Below are positions 16,381 to 25,015 of a DNA stretch of 35,579 bases, piece after piece; position 1 is the stretch's first letter; every line of letters begins with the position of its first letter. This DNA comes from Dehalococcoidales bacterium. Its GTDB lineage: Bacteria > Chloroflexota > Dehalococcoidia > Dehalococcoidales > Fen-1064. The stretch covers positions 1 to 35,579 of the forward strand of contig JAFGHZ010000053.1 in NCBI GenBank assembly GCA_016929875.1, read 5' to 3'. Both the position numbers and the translations under genes were made by a program. A model generated the notes under the pieces. The model saw nothing but the letters and a program-made list of their open reading frames with translations. It made no database searches and was not told the origin of the DNA.

Positions 16381-16424
16381 TGTATTTGATGCACAGGCGG
16401 GACGCCTGTGCCACCAGCTTTTAG

Positions 16425-17618
16425 TTACATTTTCCCTTCCATCATCTTTCCCATTTTGTCCAGAATCTTCTCCGCGACTTCCCTTTTGCTCATCAGGGGG
16501 AGACTTTCCTGTCTGCCGTTTTTGAGGAGGATGGTGACTTTATTAGTGTCCGTGCCGAAGCCGCTGCCTTCCGCAGAAACATCGTTGGCGACAATCATAT
16601 CCATGCCCTTGCCAGTCAGCTTCTTTTTAGCGTTAGCGAGCAGGTTCTCCGTCTCGGCGGCAAAGCCGATTTTGAGGAACTTGCCTTTGACTTCGGAGAT
16701 GATGTCAGGCGTTTTTACCAGATCCAGTGTCAAACCGCCAGCGCCCTTCTTGATTTTCTGTTTCGCCGCGGCTTTCGGCGTATAGTCTGCGACTGCCGCC
16801 GCCATGATGAGCGCGTCGGCTTTAGCGCTTGCTTTAGCGACGGCGTTTTTCATTTCCTTAGCACTCTGGACTTTGATAAGCTCGATGCCGGCAGGTGCGA
16901 CGAGTGCGGTAGGGGCGGTGATGAGTGTTACTTCAGCCCCTCTGTCTCTGGCGGCTTCCGCGACGGCATAGCCCATCTTGCCGGAAGACCGATTGCCGAG
17001 GTAACGTACCGGGTCGATAGCTTCCTGCGTGCCGCCGGCAGTGACCACGACCTTTTTGCCTTTCAAATCGCCGTTTTTGCCGAGTGTTTGACGGATGGCG
17101 CCGATGATTGTTTCCGTATCGGGCAGACGTCCGACCCCATATCCGCCGGAGGCAAGCCTTCCTGCCTGCGGTTCGATCATCTTAAAGCCCCTCTTTTTGA
17201 GTTTGGCGATATTTTCCTGAGTGATGCTGTTCTCATACATATTGGTGTGCATCGACGGCGAGACAATAACAGGAGCCCTGGTTGCCAGGACCGTGCAGGT
17301 GAGCATATCATCCGCGATTCCGCAGGCGAGCTTGGCGATGATGTTGGCGGTCGCCGGTGCAATGACGATTACGTCTGCGACCTCGGAAAGGGCAACATGG
17401 TTAATGCGGTGTTCGGCATTGGGTTGGAACATATCGGTAACGACGGTATTGCCGGTGATGCTCTCGAAAGTCAGGGGAGTAATGAATTCGAGGGCGGATT
17501 TGGTCATAACTACTCTGACATTTGCCCCTGCCTGAGTCAGCTTGCTGGCGATGTCCACAGCTTTGTAAGCGGCGATGCCGCCGGTGATACCGAGTACCAC
17601 TGTTTTGTTTTTTAGCAT
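16425..17618 (-). CDS. coaBC: Bifunctional phosphopantothenoylcysteine decarboxylase / phosphopantothenate-cysteine ligase
   Basis: 397 aa. N-terminal flavoprotein block VVLGITGGIAAYKA, C-terminal CoaB block with TAGGT.E.IDPVR...N.SSGKMG. Confidence 0.95.
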   Translation of the reverse strand: MLKNKTVVLGITGGIAAYKAVDIASKLTQAGANVRVVMTKSALEFITPLTFESITGNTVVTDMFQPNAEHRINHVALSEVADVIVIAPATANIIAKLACGIADDMLTCTVLATRAPVIVSPSMHTNMYENSITQENIAKLKKRGFKMIEPQAGRLASGGYGVGRLPDTETIIGAIRQTLGKNGDLKGKKVVVTAGGTQEAIDPVRYLGNRSSGKMGYAVAEAARDRGAEVTLITAPTALVAPAGIELIKVQSAKEMKNAVAKASAKADALIMAAAVADYTPKAAAKQKIKKGAGGLTLDLVKTPDIISEVKGKFLKIGFAAETENLLANAKKKLTGKGMDMIVANDVSAEGSGFGTDTNKVTILLKNGRQESLPLMSKREVAEKILDKMGKMMEGKM

Positions 17619-17652
17619 TGCAATATCTCCTCAGAATGACAAAAGCCGAGTG

Positions 17653-18417
17653 TCATTTATTCATCTGGTAAATCATGCTCAGTCCGATGAGTGTGATATC
17701 GGGGTTGACAAATTTGAAAATATTGGTTTCTTTAGCGAAGATTTCACCGTAACCGCCGGTAGCTACTACACTAGCTTTCTCACCGAGTTCCTTTTCGATA
17801 TGAGCGACGACGCCTTCTACCAGCCCGGCATAACCGAACATGATACCGGATTGCATTGCGGTAATCGTGTTGGTGCCGATGGCTTTCTGAGGGTGAGTAA
17901 ACTGGATGCGGGGGAGGGCGGCCGTTCTTAAGAAGAGGGCTTCTGCGGCAGTCATCGGGCCGGGAGCAATCGCTCCGCCGATGAAGTCGCCTTCCTTTGA
18001 GATTGTATCGAAAGTGGTGGCGGTACCGAGGTCGACAATAATAGTGGGACCTCCGTAGAGGCGGTAGCCGGCCACGGTGTTCACGATGCGGTCGGCGCCT
18101 ACTTCTTTGGGATTGTCCATTCTGACCCGGATGCCAGTTTTGATGCCGGGGCCGACCACGAGCGGATTAATTTTATAGTAGTTGTTGAGAAGTTCGATAA
18201 AAATCGGGACAAGCGGCGGTACGGTACTGCACATGGCCACTTCGGTGATATCCGATACAGCGATTTTCCGGAGCTGGAAGAGGCTTATCATCGTGGTGGC
18301 ATATTCGTCGGGCATCTTGTGGATATTGGTTTCCAGCCGCCAGGTATAGCGTAATTTGTCGCCTTCGAATATGCCCAGAGTGACGTTGGTGTTGCCGATA
18401 TCAATCGCTAAGAACAT
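17653..18417 (-). CDS. coaX: Type III pantothenate kinase
   Basis: 254 aa. MFLAIDIGNTN, GADR and VDLGTATTFD are the ASKHA-fold CoaX motifs. Confidence 0.93.
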   Translation of the reverse strand: MFLAIDIGNTNVTLGIFEGDKLRYTWRLETNIHKMPDEYATTMISLFQLRKIAVSDITEVAMCSTVPPLVPIFIELLNNYYKINPLVVGPGIKTGIRVRMDNPKEVGADRIVNTVAGYRLYGGPTIIVDLGTATTFDTISKEGDFIGGAIAPGPMTAAEALFLRTAALPRIQFTHPQKAIGTNTITAMQSGIMFGYAGLVEGVVAHIEKELGEKASVVATGGYGEIFAKETNIFKFVNPDITLIGLSMIYQMNK

Positions 18418-18840
18418 CGTTCCCTCCTTATGGTAGAGACTATTTCTTTGCTGACTTTTACTATCTTACTAATCGATTCTCTATATTCCAAGTGTAGCAG
18501 GGAGAAAACCTGCGGTCAAATATCTCATCGCGAAGAGAGGATGATAGGGGAAAGAAGGCGCAATGAATGTATCGATAAGCAATGTTATCGGTTGCGGCAG
18601 AGAGTGTGTCAATCCGAATCAAACGAATCGAAGAGACGGGCTTTTACGCCACCCTTTGACGGAGTTCCTTCCAATTCCGTTTTAGACTTTTTTGTACCCA
18701 CTGTTCCCAGGTGACGTATTTATTACTGTCTGAAAAAGGAATGAACTTCATGTTAGATTCAAATTATAGCATATTCAGGCGTGATTGTCAAAGGAAATTC
18801 GAACAGGTGTGCTAATTATGAGGCGTTCAGACGTCTTTCC

Positions 18841-18869
18841 TTGAACTACGATGGCGATTGGTGTATATT
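18841..18869 (+). promoter_or_regulatory. Candidate promoter of the tRNA gene (TTGAAC-N17-TATATT)
   Basis: ttgaac at 18841-18846 and tatatt at 18864-18869, 15 nt upstream of tRNA position 1. Confidence 0.5.
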
Positions 18870-18884
18870 TGAATAGTTGGTCGA

Positions 18885-18959
18885 CGCGGGGTGGAGCAGT
18901 GGCAGCTCGTCGGGCTCATAACCCGAAGGTCGTTGGTTCAAATCCAACCCCCGCTACCA
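18885..18959 (+). tRNA. Initiator tRNA-Met (anticodon CAT), CCA encoded
   Basis: Hand-folded cloverleaf: acceptor CGCGGGG/CCCCGCT with C1 opposite U72 unpaired; D arm GAGC-AGTGGCA-GCTC; anticodon arm TCGGG-CTCATAA-CCCGA with three G:C pairs next to the loop (initiator hallmark); T arm GTTGG-TTCAAAT-CCAAC; A73; CCA. Confidence 0.9.
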
Positions 18960-19140
18960 GCCTCAAAGCGGGTTGTACAGGGTTTAAAGCTCTGTCAACT
19001 TTCTGCACACTTTGTTTACAAAAAATGCTCATTGAATACACAAAGGGTGCAACAGTAGAACCCTGACATATTCCCTTTCAATAAACGGAATCCTCTTTAC
19101 TTTGAAATAACCAATAATCATTTCGTTATCTTTTAGCTGA

Positions 19141-19192
19141 CACAAACAAATTGAGAAAGGGCAGATAACCCGCCCTTTCTCAATTTATATCA
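19141..19192. terminator. Bidirectional intrinsic terminator
   Basis: Perfect 12-bp stem ttgagaaagggc (19151-19162) / gccctttctcaa (19172-19183), with T-rich tracts on both strands (tttgtttgtg on minus, tttatat on plus). It closes the minus-strand cargo operon and the tRNA transcription unit. Confidence 0.75.
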
Positions 19193-19207
19193 TATTTATC
19201 TAGTGGA

Positions 19208-19456
19208 TTAGAATCCGCTACCGTCTGGGATACCGTCTCCTGAATTAGGAGCGGAGCCCACCGGTCCAGTTCCTGAGCCGATATCAGCGTTGGGTCCATT
19301 AGGAATTTCAAACCCGCTGCCGTCTGAAACACCGTCACCAGAGTTGGGCGCAGGCCCCAACGGTCCGGAGCTGGCAGAAACCGTACCTACAAAAGCCACT
19401 GTCATGATTGCTACCACTGCTAGTGTTAATCCTAGTATTTTTACCAACCTCTTCAT
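19208..19456 (-). CDS. Small secreted protein (82 aa) with a duplicated APNSGDG-x2-DGSGF motif
   Basis: An N-terminal signal/TM segment (LGLTLAVVAIMTVAFVGTVSAS) is followed by GPLGPAPNSGDGVSDGSGFEIPNGPNADIGSGTGPVGSAPNSGDGIPDGSGF. SD agaggag upstream. Last gene before the terminator. Confidence 0.6.
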   Translation of the reverse strand: MKRLVKILGLTLAVVAIMTVAFVGTVSASSGPLGPAPNSGDGVSDGSGFEIPNGPNADIGSGTGPVGSAPNSGDGIPDGSGF

Positions 19457-19519
19457 AGATTCGACTCCTCTCTTTATTTTGTATTGCTATTTGATAGTGG
19501 CAAGCATAATTTTTACTAG

Positions 19520-20452
19520 CTAAGGTTTACCTCCCTGTCCGCCGGGTGTTGTGGTTGAACCAGGAGTATTTGTAGCCTGCCCGGATTGTGTGGATTGCTG
19601 TGTTCCCCCTGCTTTTTGCTGCGCATTCTGGATAGCTTGGCGAGCTTGCTCCATTCTTTGCTCGCAATTACCGATTGCTGCCTGAATGCCGGCTTTAGCT
19701 GATTCAGGCGCTTTTGCCATCACTTTCTCAAGCACCCCTTTGTTTTGTAAAACTAATCCTTCGAGTTTTTCTCCCAATTTGGTCATGGTCTGCTCTCTAG
19801 TCTGCACCTCAGCCTGAGTGGCTACCTGCTGCCCAGCTACCGCATTTAGCTGGGTTTGCAGTCTGGTCTGGACTTCTGCCGCCGTCTGGGTACCGGTAGC
19901 TACCGGTTTCTCGCCACTAGCAGCTTTGCGTACGGATGTTGAGATAAAATCACCGACTACACCGCCTTTTACGCCATCGGGCAGTTCAATCGTTATTGTC
20001 TCACCGGCGGCATTCATGACAGTCATCACTTTATTTTCAACGGAAACGACTACTCCGCTGACATGTTGCCGGGTCGGGGTTTTGGGCACTGCCATAACAC
20101 GCAGGGCAACATATTTCCCATCCTCACCAAGAGTAGCTAAAATCGCTACCCGTCCACCAACTGCAATATCTTCCTTAGCTACTTCTGCCTGCCCCGGAGC
20201 GGAATAAATTGTAGCTTCATTCAACACGACTTCTACTTCGCCGAGACTTTTAGTCGTGACTTTAAGAATACCACCGGCGATGTCACTGTCAGCGCCGACA
20301 GTACCCACAATCCCCTGATACAGTTGCTCAACTTGTGCAACTGCAAGATAAGGAGCGGTTTCTACATTGCTAGCAGCCATTACACTACCCCCACTAACAG
20401 CCAGCATCGCGACTCCGACCAATACACTTGTGATGATTCCTAACTTTTTCAT
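19520..20452 (-). CDS. Secreted protein (310 aa) with beta-rich DUF5666-like repeats, a helical Q-rich region and a G/T/Q-rich tail
   Basis: Signal peptide MKKLGIITSVLVGVAMLAVSGGSVMA. The segments GIVGTVGADSDIAGGILKVTTKSLGEVEVVL and VSGVVVSVENKVMTVMNAAGETITIEL resemble DUF5666 repeats, from memory and not searched. Confidence 0.65.
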   Translation of the reverse strand: MKKLGIITSVLVGVAMLAVSGGSVMAASNVETAPYLAVAQVEQLYQGIVGTVGADSDIAGGILKVTTKSLGEVEVVLNEATIYSAPGQAEVAKEDIAVGGRVAILATLGEDGKYVALRVMAVPKTPTRQHVSGVVVSVENKVMTVMNAAGETITIELPDGVKGGVVGDFISTSVRKAASGEKPVATGTQTAAEVQTRLQTQLNAVAGQQVATQAEVQTREQTMTKLGEKLEGLVLQNKGVLEKVMAKAPESAKAGIQAAIGNCEQRMEQARQAIQNAQQKAGGTQQSTQSGQATNTPGSTTTPGGQGGKP

Positions 20453-20500
20453 TTTATTTTCTCCTTTGTTTTATTAGTGAGCTAAATTAAGATCAATGTT

Positions 20501-21115
20501 TTACGGATTGCATATTATTGTGATAGCTACATTTGCCGTATTGCCGTAGAAATCACTGGCAACTACTTCGATAAGATTCGGACCTAACTCCAAAGTAACC
20601 GGTTCGCTGAAATTCCCGGAGGCATCCACCGAGACAATCTTGCCATTGATACTGACCACGGCATCCGCATTTGTCGTACCTTTAACGGTCACGGACTGGG
20701 ACGTTACCACCGAGTCATTAACTGGTTCACTGACCGTAAGAGGTAGTGCCGCAGTATAAATCACCGTAAGCATAGCTGACTTTTCATTGCCGTAGAAGTC
20801 GCTGGCAACAACTTCTATAACATTAGGACCTGCATCCAGGTTCACTTCACCGGTGAATATCCCCTGGTAGTCAACAATGGCAATTGCCCCGTTAATACTC
20901 ACTACTGCTTCGGCAATGGTTTTCCCTGATACCGTGATGCGAGACGTATTTACTATTGCCTCATCAGCAGGCCCTGTAATTACCAACGACAATGCCTCTG
21001 GAACTATTGATGTCGGCGTTTTTGTGGAAGTTGTGGTAGATAATCCGCCGGTACACCCTACCGCAAGTAAGAGCGATAGAGTTAGGAGCACAATCATCAT
21101 CAGGCTTTTCTTCAT
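20501..21115 (-). CDS. Lipoprotein (204 aa) with two tandem Ig-like repeats
   Basis: Lipobox LLLAVGC. Two units of about 80 aa are clearly homologous: ...VSGKTIAEAVVSINGAIAIVDYQGIFTGEVNLDAGPNVIEVVASDFYGNEKSA... and ...VKGTTNADAVVSINGKIVSVDASGNFSEPVTLELGPNLIEVVASDFYGNTANV... Confidence 0.75.
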   Translation of the reverse strand: MKKSLMMIVLLTLSLLLAVGCTGGLSTTTSTKTPTSIVPEALSLVITGPADEAIVNTSRITVSGKTIAEAVVSINGAIAIVDYQGIFTGEVNLDAGPNVIEVVASDFYGNEKSAMLTVIYTAALPLTVSEPVNDSVVTSQSVTVKGTTNADAVVSINGKIVSVDASGNFSEPVTLELGPNLIEVVASDFYGNTANVAITIICNP

Positions 21116-21162
21116 TATTCCCTCCTTTGTCTTAAATGCGTTATAGTTTTTTCACTATATCT

Positions 21163-21190
21163 AACGGGGGAATCCGGTTGTTTGTTACAA
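21163..21190 (-). promoter_or_regulatory. ECF-type promoter motif, proximal copy upstream of the lipoprotein gene
   Basis: The minus strand reads TTGTAACAAACAACCGGATTCCCCCGTT, i.e. TGTAACAA-N15-CGTT, about 48 nt upstream of the ATG at 21115. Confidence 0.5.
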
Positions 21191-21261
21191 CCACTGTTTT
21201 TTAAGTGGTATTAAAATATCGACTGAAAGAAAATAAATGATAAGTAAAGATACGAGGAGAG

Positions 21262-21289
21262 AACGGAACATAACCGGAATTTGTTACAG
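21262..21289 (-). promoter_or_regulatory. ECF-type promoter motif, distal copy upstream of the lipoprotein gene
   Basis: The minus strand reads CTGTAACAAATTCCGGTTATGTTCCGTT, with the same TGTAACAA-N15-CGTT spacing. Confidence 0.5.
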
Positions 21290-21392
21290 CGTATTTCAGT
21301 CGGGGTGAAAAAGTACGAAGAAGAATTGGCTAGCAATCATATTAATTTAGAGGGAAATATTTAAGTCAGCTTCCTGATGGGCTTTGCCCTGA

Positions 21393-22709
21393 TTACTGCG
21401 AAGAACCACCGGACCCGCTAGAATTATCTCCTTGTGGTTGCGTATTCCCATCATTTCCGTTAGGAGTGGTTTCAGTCGGAGAAGTAGGCGGCTTAATGGT
21501 AGGATTCTCTTGTCCGTCCTGTTGGGTTTGATTTTGTGTACCCTGTCCTTGGTCCGACGGATTTGTATCATCAGTAGTTCCTTGAGAAGACTGCCCGTTG
21601 TCAGAATCTGGAGTTTCATGCTGCATTCCCGGGGTAGTACCGTTGTCTCCATTAGTAGATTCGGAATCTTGGCCTTTATCCATATTCGAATTTGGAATTT
21701 CATCGCCGAACTGACGTAGTTTTTCCATCTCTTGCAAAGCGTTCTGAGCCTCTGTATTTTTACCTTTAGCTGCTTCAGCCTCAGCTCTTTCCAGTCTATT
21801 CTGAATTGCCTGCTGATTTATCTCGTTAGCTCTGACAAGGTTTACAAAAGCTAAATTGTTCACTGCGTTCATGTGCCCATTTAAGGCTACTGCTTTTGAA
21901 CGGGCAATTATCTGTACCATCTCTCCGAAAGTTTTGTCTTCGATTTCGTCAAGTCTGTCAAGGTGAGTTAGTATAGCTAATGCTACCTTTTCCAATAGTT
22001 CTGTGTTGTTACTCACTTGCTCTGACTTCGTAATCGCCATGTTCAGGTTTTTCTCATAGCCTGCCGCCGCTTGTTCGATTCGTTCCGCTTGTGTAATATA
22101 AGTTTCTTCAGATTTATTAGACATGAAGCCGATGACAGACATCGCGAGAACTGTACTGCCACCGCTGTTGATTGTGGCAGCTTGGTCTGCCGGCATACTA
22201 GCCAGTTCATCTATCTCATTAAGACGAATATCAGCAAACTTGAGCTCCAGTTCTACTTCGGCGGCAGTATCGAACGTGAATATTCTTTGAAGTTGTTCTG
22301 TCCCGAGTTTTACAGAGTATAGAGTATCACCGGGTAGACTGGGGCGTGAGGCATAAGCTGTTCCGGTACCTGCTGCAGCAACGACCAGTACGACTGCAAC
22401 AGTAATAGCTACCGCTCTTGTCCACCCGGTAAACCAGCTATATCTGATGCCGGGTTGGGATGATGGGACGATGGTTTTCTTCTGGGATTGGCTGGCATAA
22501 ATATGCTCTATCAGTCTGGCTCTAGCTCTGATTTTGAAAGCATCAGAAGGTTTGACGTCTGGTTTTTCTTTGATGGCTAGAGCGACTCTCAGCAATGGCT
22601 CCAATTCAGCACGCACATCAGGGTAACGTTCAAGACACTCGGCTAGAGTTGCTCTACCCGCTTTAATATCATCGATACAATGGATTAATATTTCTTCTAC
22701 CCTTTTCAC
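21393..22709 (-). CDS. Anti-sigma factor-like membrane protein (438 aa; DUF5667-like extracytoplasmic domain, long low-complexity tail)
   Basis: 4-nt overlap with the sigma gene. The N-terminus CIDDIKAGRATLAECLERYPDVRAELEPLL is typical of this anti-sigma class. A single TM (AVAITVAVVLVVAAAGTGTAYA) is followed by PGDTLYSVKLGTEQLQ and a helical domain. The last ~100 aa are D/G/N/Q/T/S/P-rich. Confidence 0.75.
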   Translation of the reverse strand: MKRVEEILIHCIDDIKAGRATLAECLERYPDVRAELEPLLRVALAIKEKPDVKPSDAFKIRARARLIEHIYASQSQKKTIVPSSQPGIRYSWFTGWTRAVAITVAVVLVVAAAGTGTAYASRPSLPGDTLYSVKLGTEQLQRIFTFDTAAEVELELKFADIRLNEIDELASMPADQAATINSGGSTVLAMSVIGFMSNKSEETYITQAERIEQAAAGYEKNLNMAITKSEQVSNNTELLEKVALAILTHLDRLDEIEDKTFGEMVQIIARSKAVALNGHMNAVNNLAFVNLVRANEINQQAIQNRLERAEAEAAKGKNTEAQNALQEMEKLRQFGDEIPNSNMDKGQDSESTNGDNGTTPGMQHETPDSDNGQSSQGTTDDTNPSDQGQGTQNQTQQDGQENPTIKPPTSPTETTPNGNDGNTQPQGDNSSGSGGSSQ

Positions 22710-23272
22710 TGCTGTGCCTTTTCCAGTATCGTTTTCAATTTGGCTAGGCCACGATGTTGAATTACCCGTATCGCCCCTTCGCTTTTCCCCAGGGCAGCGG
22801 CGATTTCGGGGTAAGAGAAGTCTTCAATAAACCTCATTAGAATAACCTGTTGCTGATCTCCCTTAAGCTTGTTAATTGCCTGCCTCATATATTGCTTATT
22901 AAATTCAGCTTCTACCATATGCTCCGGGTCTGTTTCCGGTTTGGTGGCAATAATATCAAAATCTATATATGTCTCAGATTTCCTCGACCGGTAGAAATCA
23001 ATAACCGTGTTATGGCTTATCCTGATTAACCAGGCAAGGAACGGGCTGGCTGTCTGCTTATAACGGCCAATTGCCTGCCATGCTTTAATAAAGACCTGTT
23101 GGGTAAGATCTTCCGCATCGGCATTACTATTTACCCGGTAGTAGATATGCCGGTACACCCGATCGACGTGCATATCGTACAGCCTCCCAAAAGCATCCCC
23201 ATCACCACTTTTGGCTTCGTCTACCAGTCTTTCAATTTCAGATGATAAGTCAGGAGTTTTATTTTCCTGCAA
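22706..23272 (-). CDS. ECF (group 4) RNA polymerase sigma factor
   Basis: 188 aa. Region 2 is FGRLYDMHVDRVYRHIYYRV...EDLTQQVFIKAW...FLAWLIRISHNTVIDFYR. Region 4 is QQQVILMRFIEDFSYPEIAAALGKSEGAIRVIQHRGLAKL. It appears to start at a TTG (23272) preceded by aagggg. Confidence 0.9.
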   Translation of the reverse strand: MQENKTPDLSSEIERLVDEAKSGDGDAFGRLYDMHVDRVYRHIYYRVNSNADAEDLTQQVFIKAWQAIGRYKQTASPFLAWLIRISHNTVIDFYRSRKSETYIDFDIIATKPETDPEHMVEAEFNKQYMRQAINKLKGDQQQVILMRFIEDFSYPEIAAALGKSEGAIRVIQHRGLAKLKTILEKAQQ

Positions 23273-23289
23273 CTGGCCTACCCCTTATT

Positions 23290-23318
23290 AAACGATATTG
23301 GATGAGTTATTGTTACAA
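23290..23318 (-). promoter_or_regulatory. ECF-type promoter motif upstream of the sigma gene (autoregulation candidate)
   Basis: The minus strand reads TTGTAACAATAACTCATCCAATATCGTTT, i.e. TGTAACAA-N15-CGTT, ending about 18 nt before the start codon. Confidence 0.5.
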
Positions 23319-23824
23319 TTTTGAAAATGGAGGTTAGTAATAACCTAATTCTAGACTATGGCTTGCTTTGTGTCTATGAAAAGGTTCTTTAGAGGTATAA
23401 GAGGTATAATATTATAGGCTGAATGCTCACTCAAACGTCTTGGTTTTGCGTGTTGTATATTAGCGCCCGGTTGTGATGACTCTAACTAGTGCATTTATGG
23501 TATACTGAAAGTCAGGCAAAAAGTTCTATCTTTTGTACAATCCGCTCTACCAGACCCCTCTCCTTACCGCCCTACCAAGTACCAAATTTCAAGCAACAAG
23601 TTCCAAACGAGTTCTAATTTTCAATTTTTGCTGTGTGATTGGACATTGCCACTGTGACCGAGATAAGACTATTTTGTACTTCCTATGGCATTCGAGGACT
23701 GTCTTCCAAAGCCCAGTAAACGTCCTGTAAACTTTTCCTAAACAGAAGTCAAGCTTATAACAAAAATGACTAGCATACTATTCATATAGATGCGCATACT
23801 AGTAGCAAACCTACAAATATTCCA

Positions 23825-24787
23825 TTACTGTAAAACATGTGATTTATAAAGGCTATTACGATTCCATAATTTAAAACTATCTAGTGTACCTGTGATCGGT
23901 AGTGACTGCGAAGCCTGAGTTGGTTTGGGGTTTGCCACCAAGAACTTGTCATCGGGTGGATTCCACCAAGTCCTGGGTTGGTCTGAGTCATTCATGCCAA
24001 GACGCTGCCAAACATTCAACATCTGAGGAAGCGGAAGAGTGTTATCTTTTATAACATCTGGGAGATCGTGACAGCAAAAGGTGATAGTAGGCCATCCCTT
24101 GGAAGCGAGCCGATTTCGAAAAGATACCAAGAGGTCGGACTTCGCGTCCGGTTCAACTGCCAAGATCATCTTAGATTCTTGTCCTTCATAGTCACCAAGT
24201 GCGGTTAGTAAAGGACTCCAGTTATCGAAGCCGTATGGGAAGCAGGCAGAAAAAACGGTCAGATCATAAATCAAAAAACTTCTGTCTTTTACCAAGTCTG
24301 CAATCGAGCCTTGTTTATACTTAGCCGAGACATGATCCAACCATCCAGAGCACTCAGAGAAAAGGATCATCTCCTGACTTGGCTCAATTCCCAAGAGGTT
24401 GATATGATGAGGGGTATCTAATAAATCCACCGCAAGGGCTGTCGCTCCAGTCCCGCTTCCAATATCCAGTACTGACTTTGGATGCCAGTCATCAAGCACA
24501 GAAAGTAATGATCCGAATATCGAAACGACACGCTTGGGCATATACTTGAGAGCGTAAACAAGAGGAATACCCGGCACATCATAGTCAGGTTCTCTACCCA
24601 ACCTTAATTCATCTAACTCGTTACTCAACTGTTGTGCCTTGATGGGTATTCTGCGAACGGTGAGTGTATGCAAATAACCAAGTGCAGCTTCCGCGATAGC
24701 TCTATCGAGCTTCTCGTGGAGTCGCCGCCATTCGTAGTTATTAAGGGTATTGTTCGTAAACATTTGTTTCTTACCGCCTTTTACCAA
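23825..24787 (-). CDS. Class I SAM-dependent methyltransferase, Rsm22-like layout
   Basis: SAM motif I VLDIGSGTGATALAV is preceded by LVYALKYMPKRVVSIFGSLLSVL, which mirrors the AY..RMPATYAA....L...LD.GAGPGT arrangement of Rsm22-type enzymes (from memory). The ORF track starts at a TTG (24787). An ATG at 24763 (MFTNN...) is an alternative start. Confidence 0.7.
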   Translation of the reverse strand: MVKGGKKQMFTNNTLNNYEWRRLHEKLDRAIAEAALGYLHTLTVRRIPIKAQQLSNELDELRLGREPDYDVPGIPLVYALKYMPKRVVSIFGSLLSVLDDWHPKSVLDIGSGTGATALAVDLLDTPHHINLLGIEPSQEMILFSECSGWLDHVSAKYKQGSIADLVKDRSFLIYDLTVFSACFPYGFDNWSPLLTALGDYEGQESKMILAVEPDAKSDLLVSFRNRLASKGWPTITFCCHDLPDVIKDNTLPLPQMLNVWQRLGMNDSDQPRTWWNPPDDKFLVANPKPTQASQSLPITGTLDSFKLWNRNSLYKSHVLQ

Positions 24788-25015
24788 TCTTCGTTAGGGC
24801 AAATAGAACGCTTGTACTAATTTGGCAAGCAAAGCATAGCATATTATGTTACAAAGGAATACTCTTTTGTGTCGTTATTTTCTTGCGCTGAAAACGTCGT
24901 TATAAAAAGAGAAAGCATATGTCGTGTCATTTCAAAGCCTTGCAATTTTGGGGTTAATCGAATAAACTATAACCGGATATAGTTCAAATGTTCTAATTAT
25001 GTTAGAGTATGACCT

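Noticed and set aside
18418-18884. 94-aa plus-strand ORF (18430-18714) and a possible ncRNA in the 467-bp coaX-tRNA gap
   Set aside because: The ORF has no SD and a cysteine/arginine-rich nonsense-like translation. I found only weak hairpins and a weak TTGACA-N17-GATAAC on the minus strand. Nothing matched SRP, RNase P, tmRNA or 6S signatures by eye. The long gap remains unexplained.
21347-21703. 118-aa minus-strand ORF overlapping the 3' end of the anti-sigma gene in another frame
   Set aside because: It lies within the low-complexity tail region of the anti-sigma gene, with no independent SD. The overlap is explained by repetitive composition.
23530-23600. tRNA-like fragment on the minus strand (GGTCTGGTAGAGCGGATTG) as a possible att-site remnant
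   Set aside because: Only a D-arm-like string is present. There is no anticodon or T arm, no acceptor pairing, and no similarity to the 3' end of the tRNA-Met at 18885-18959.
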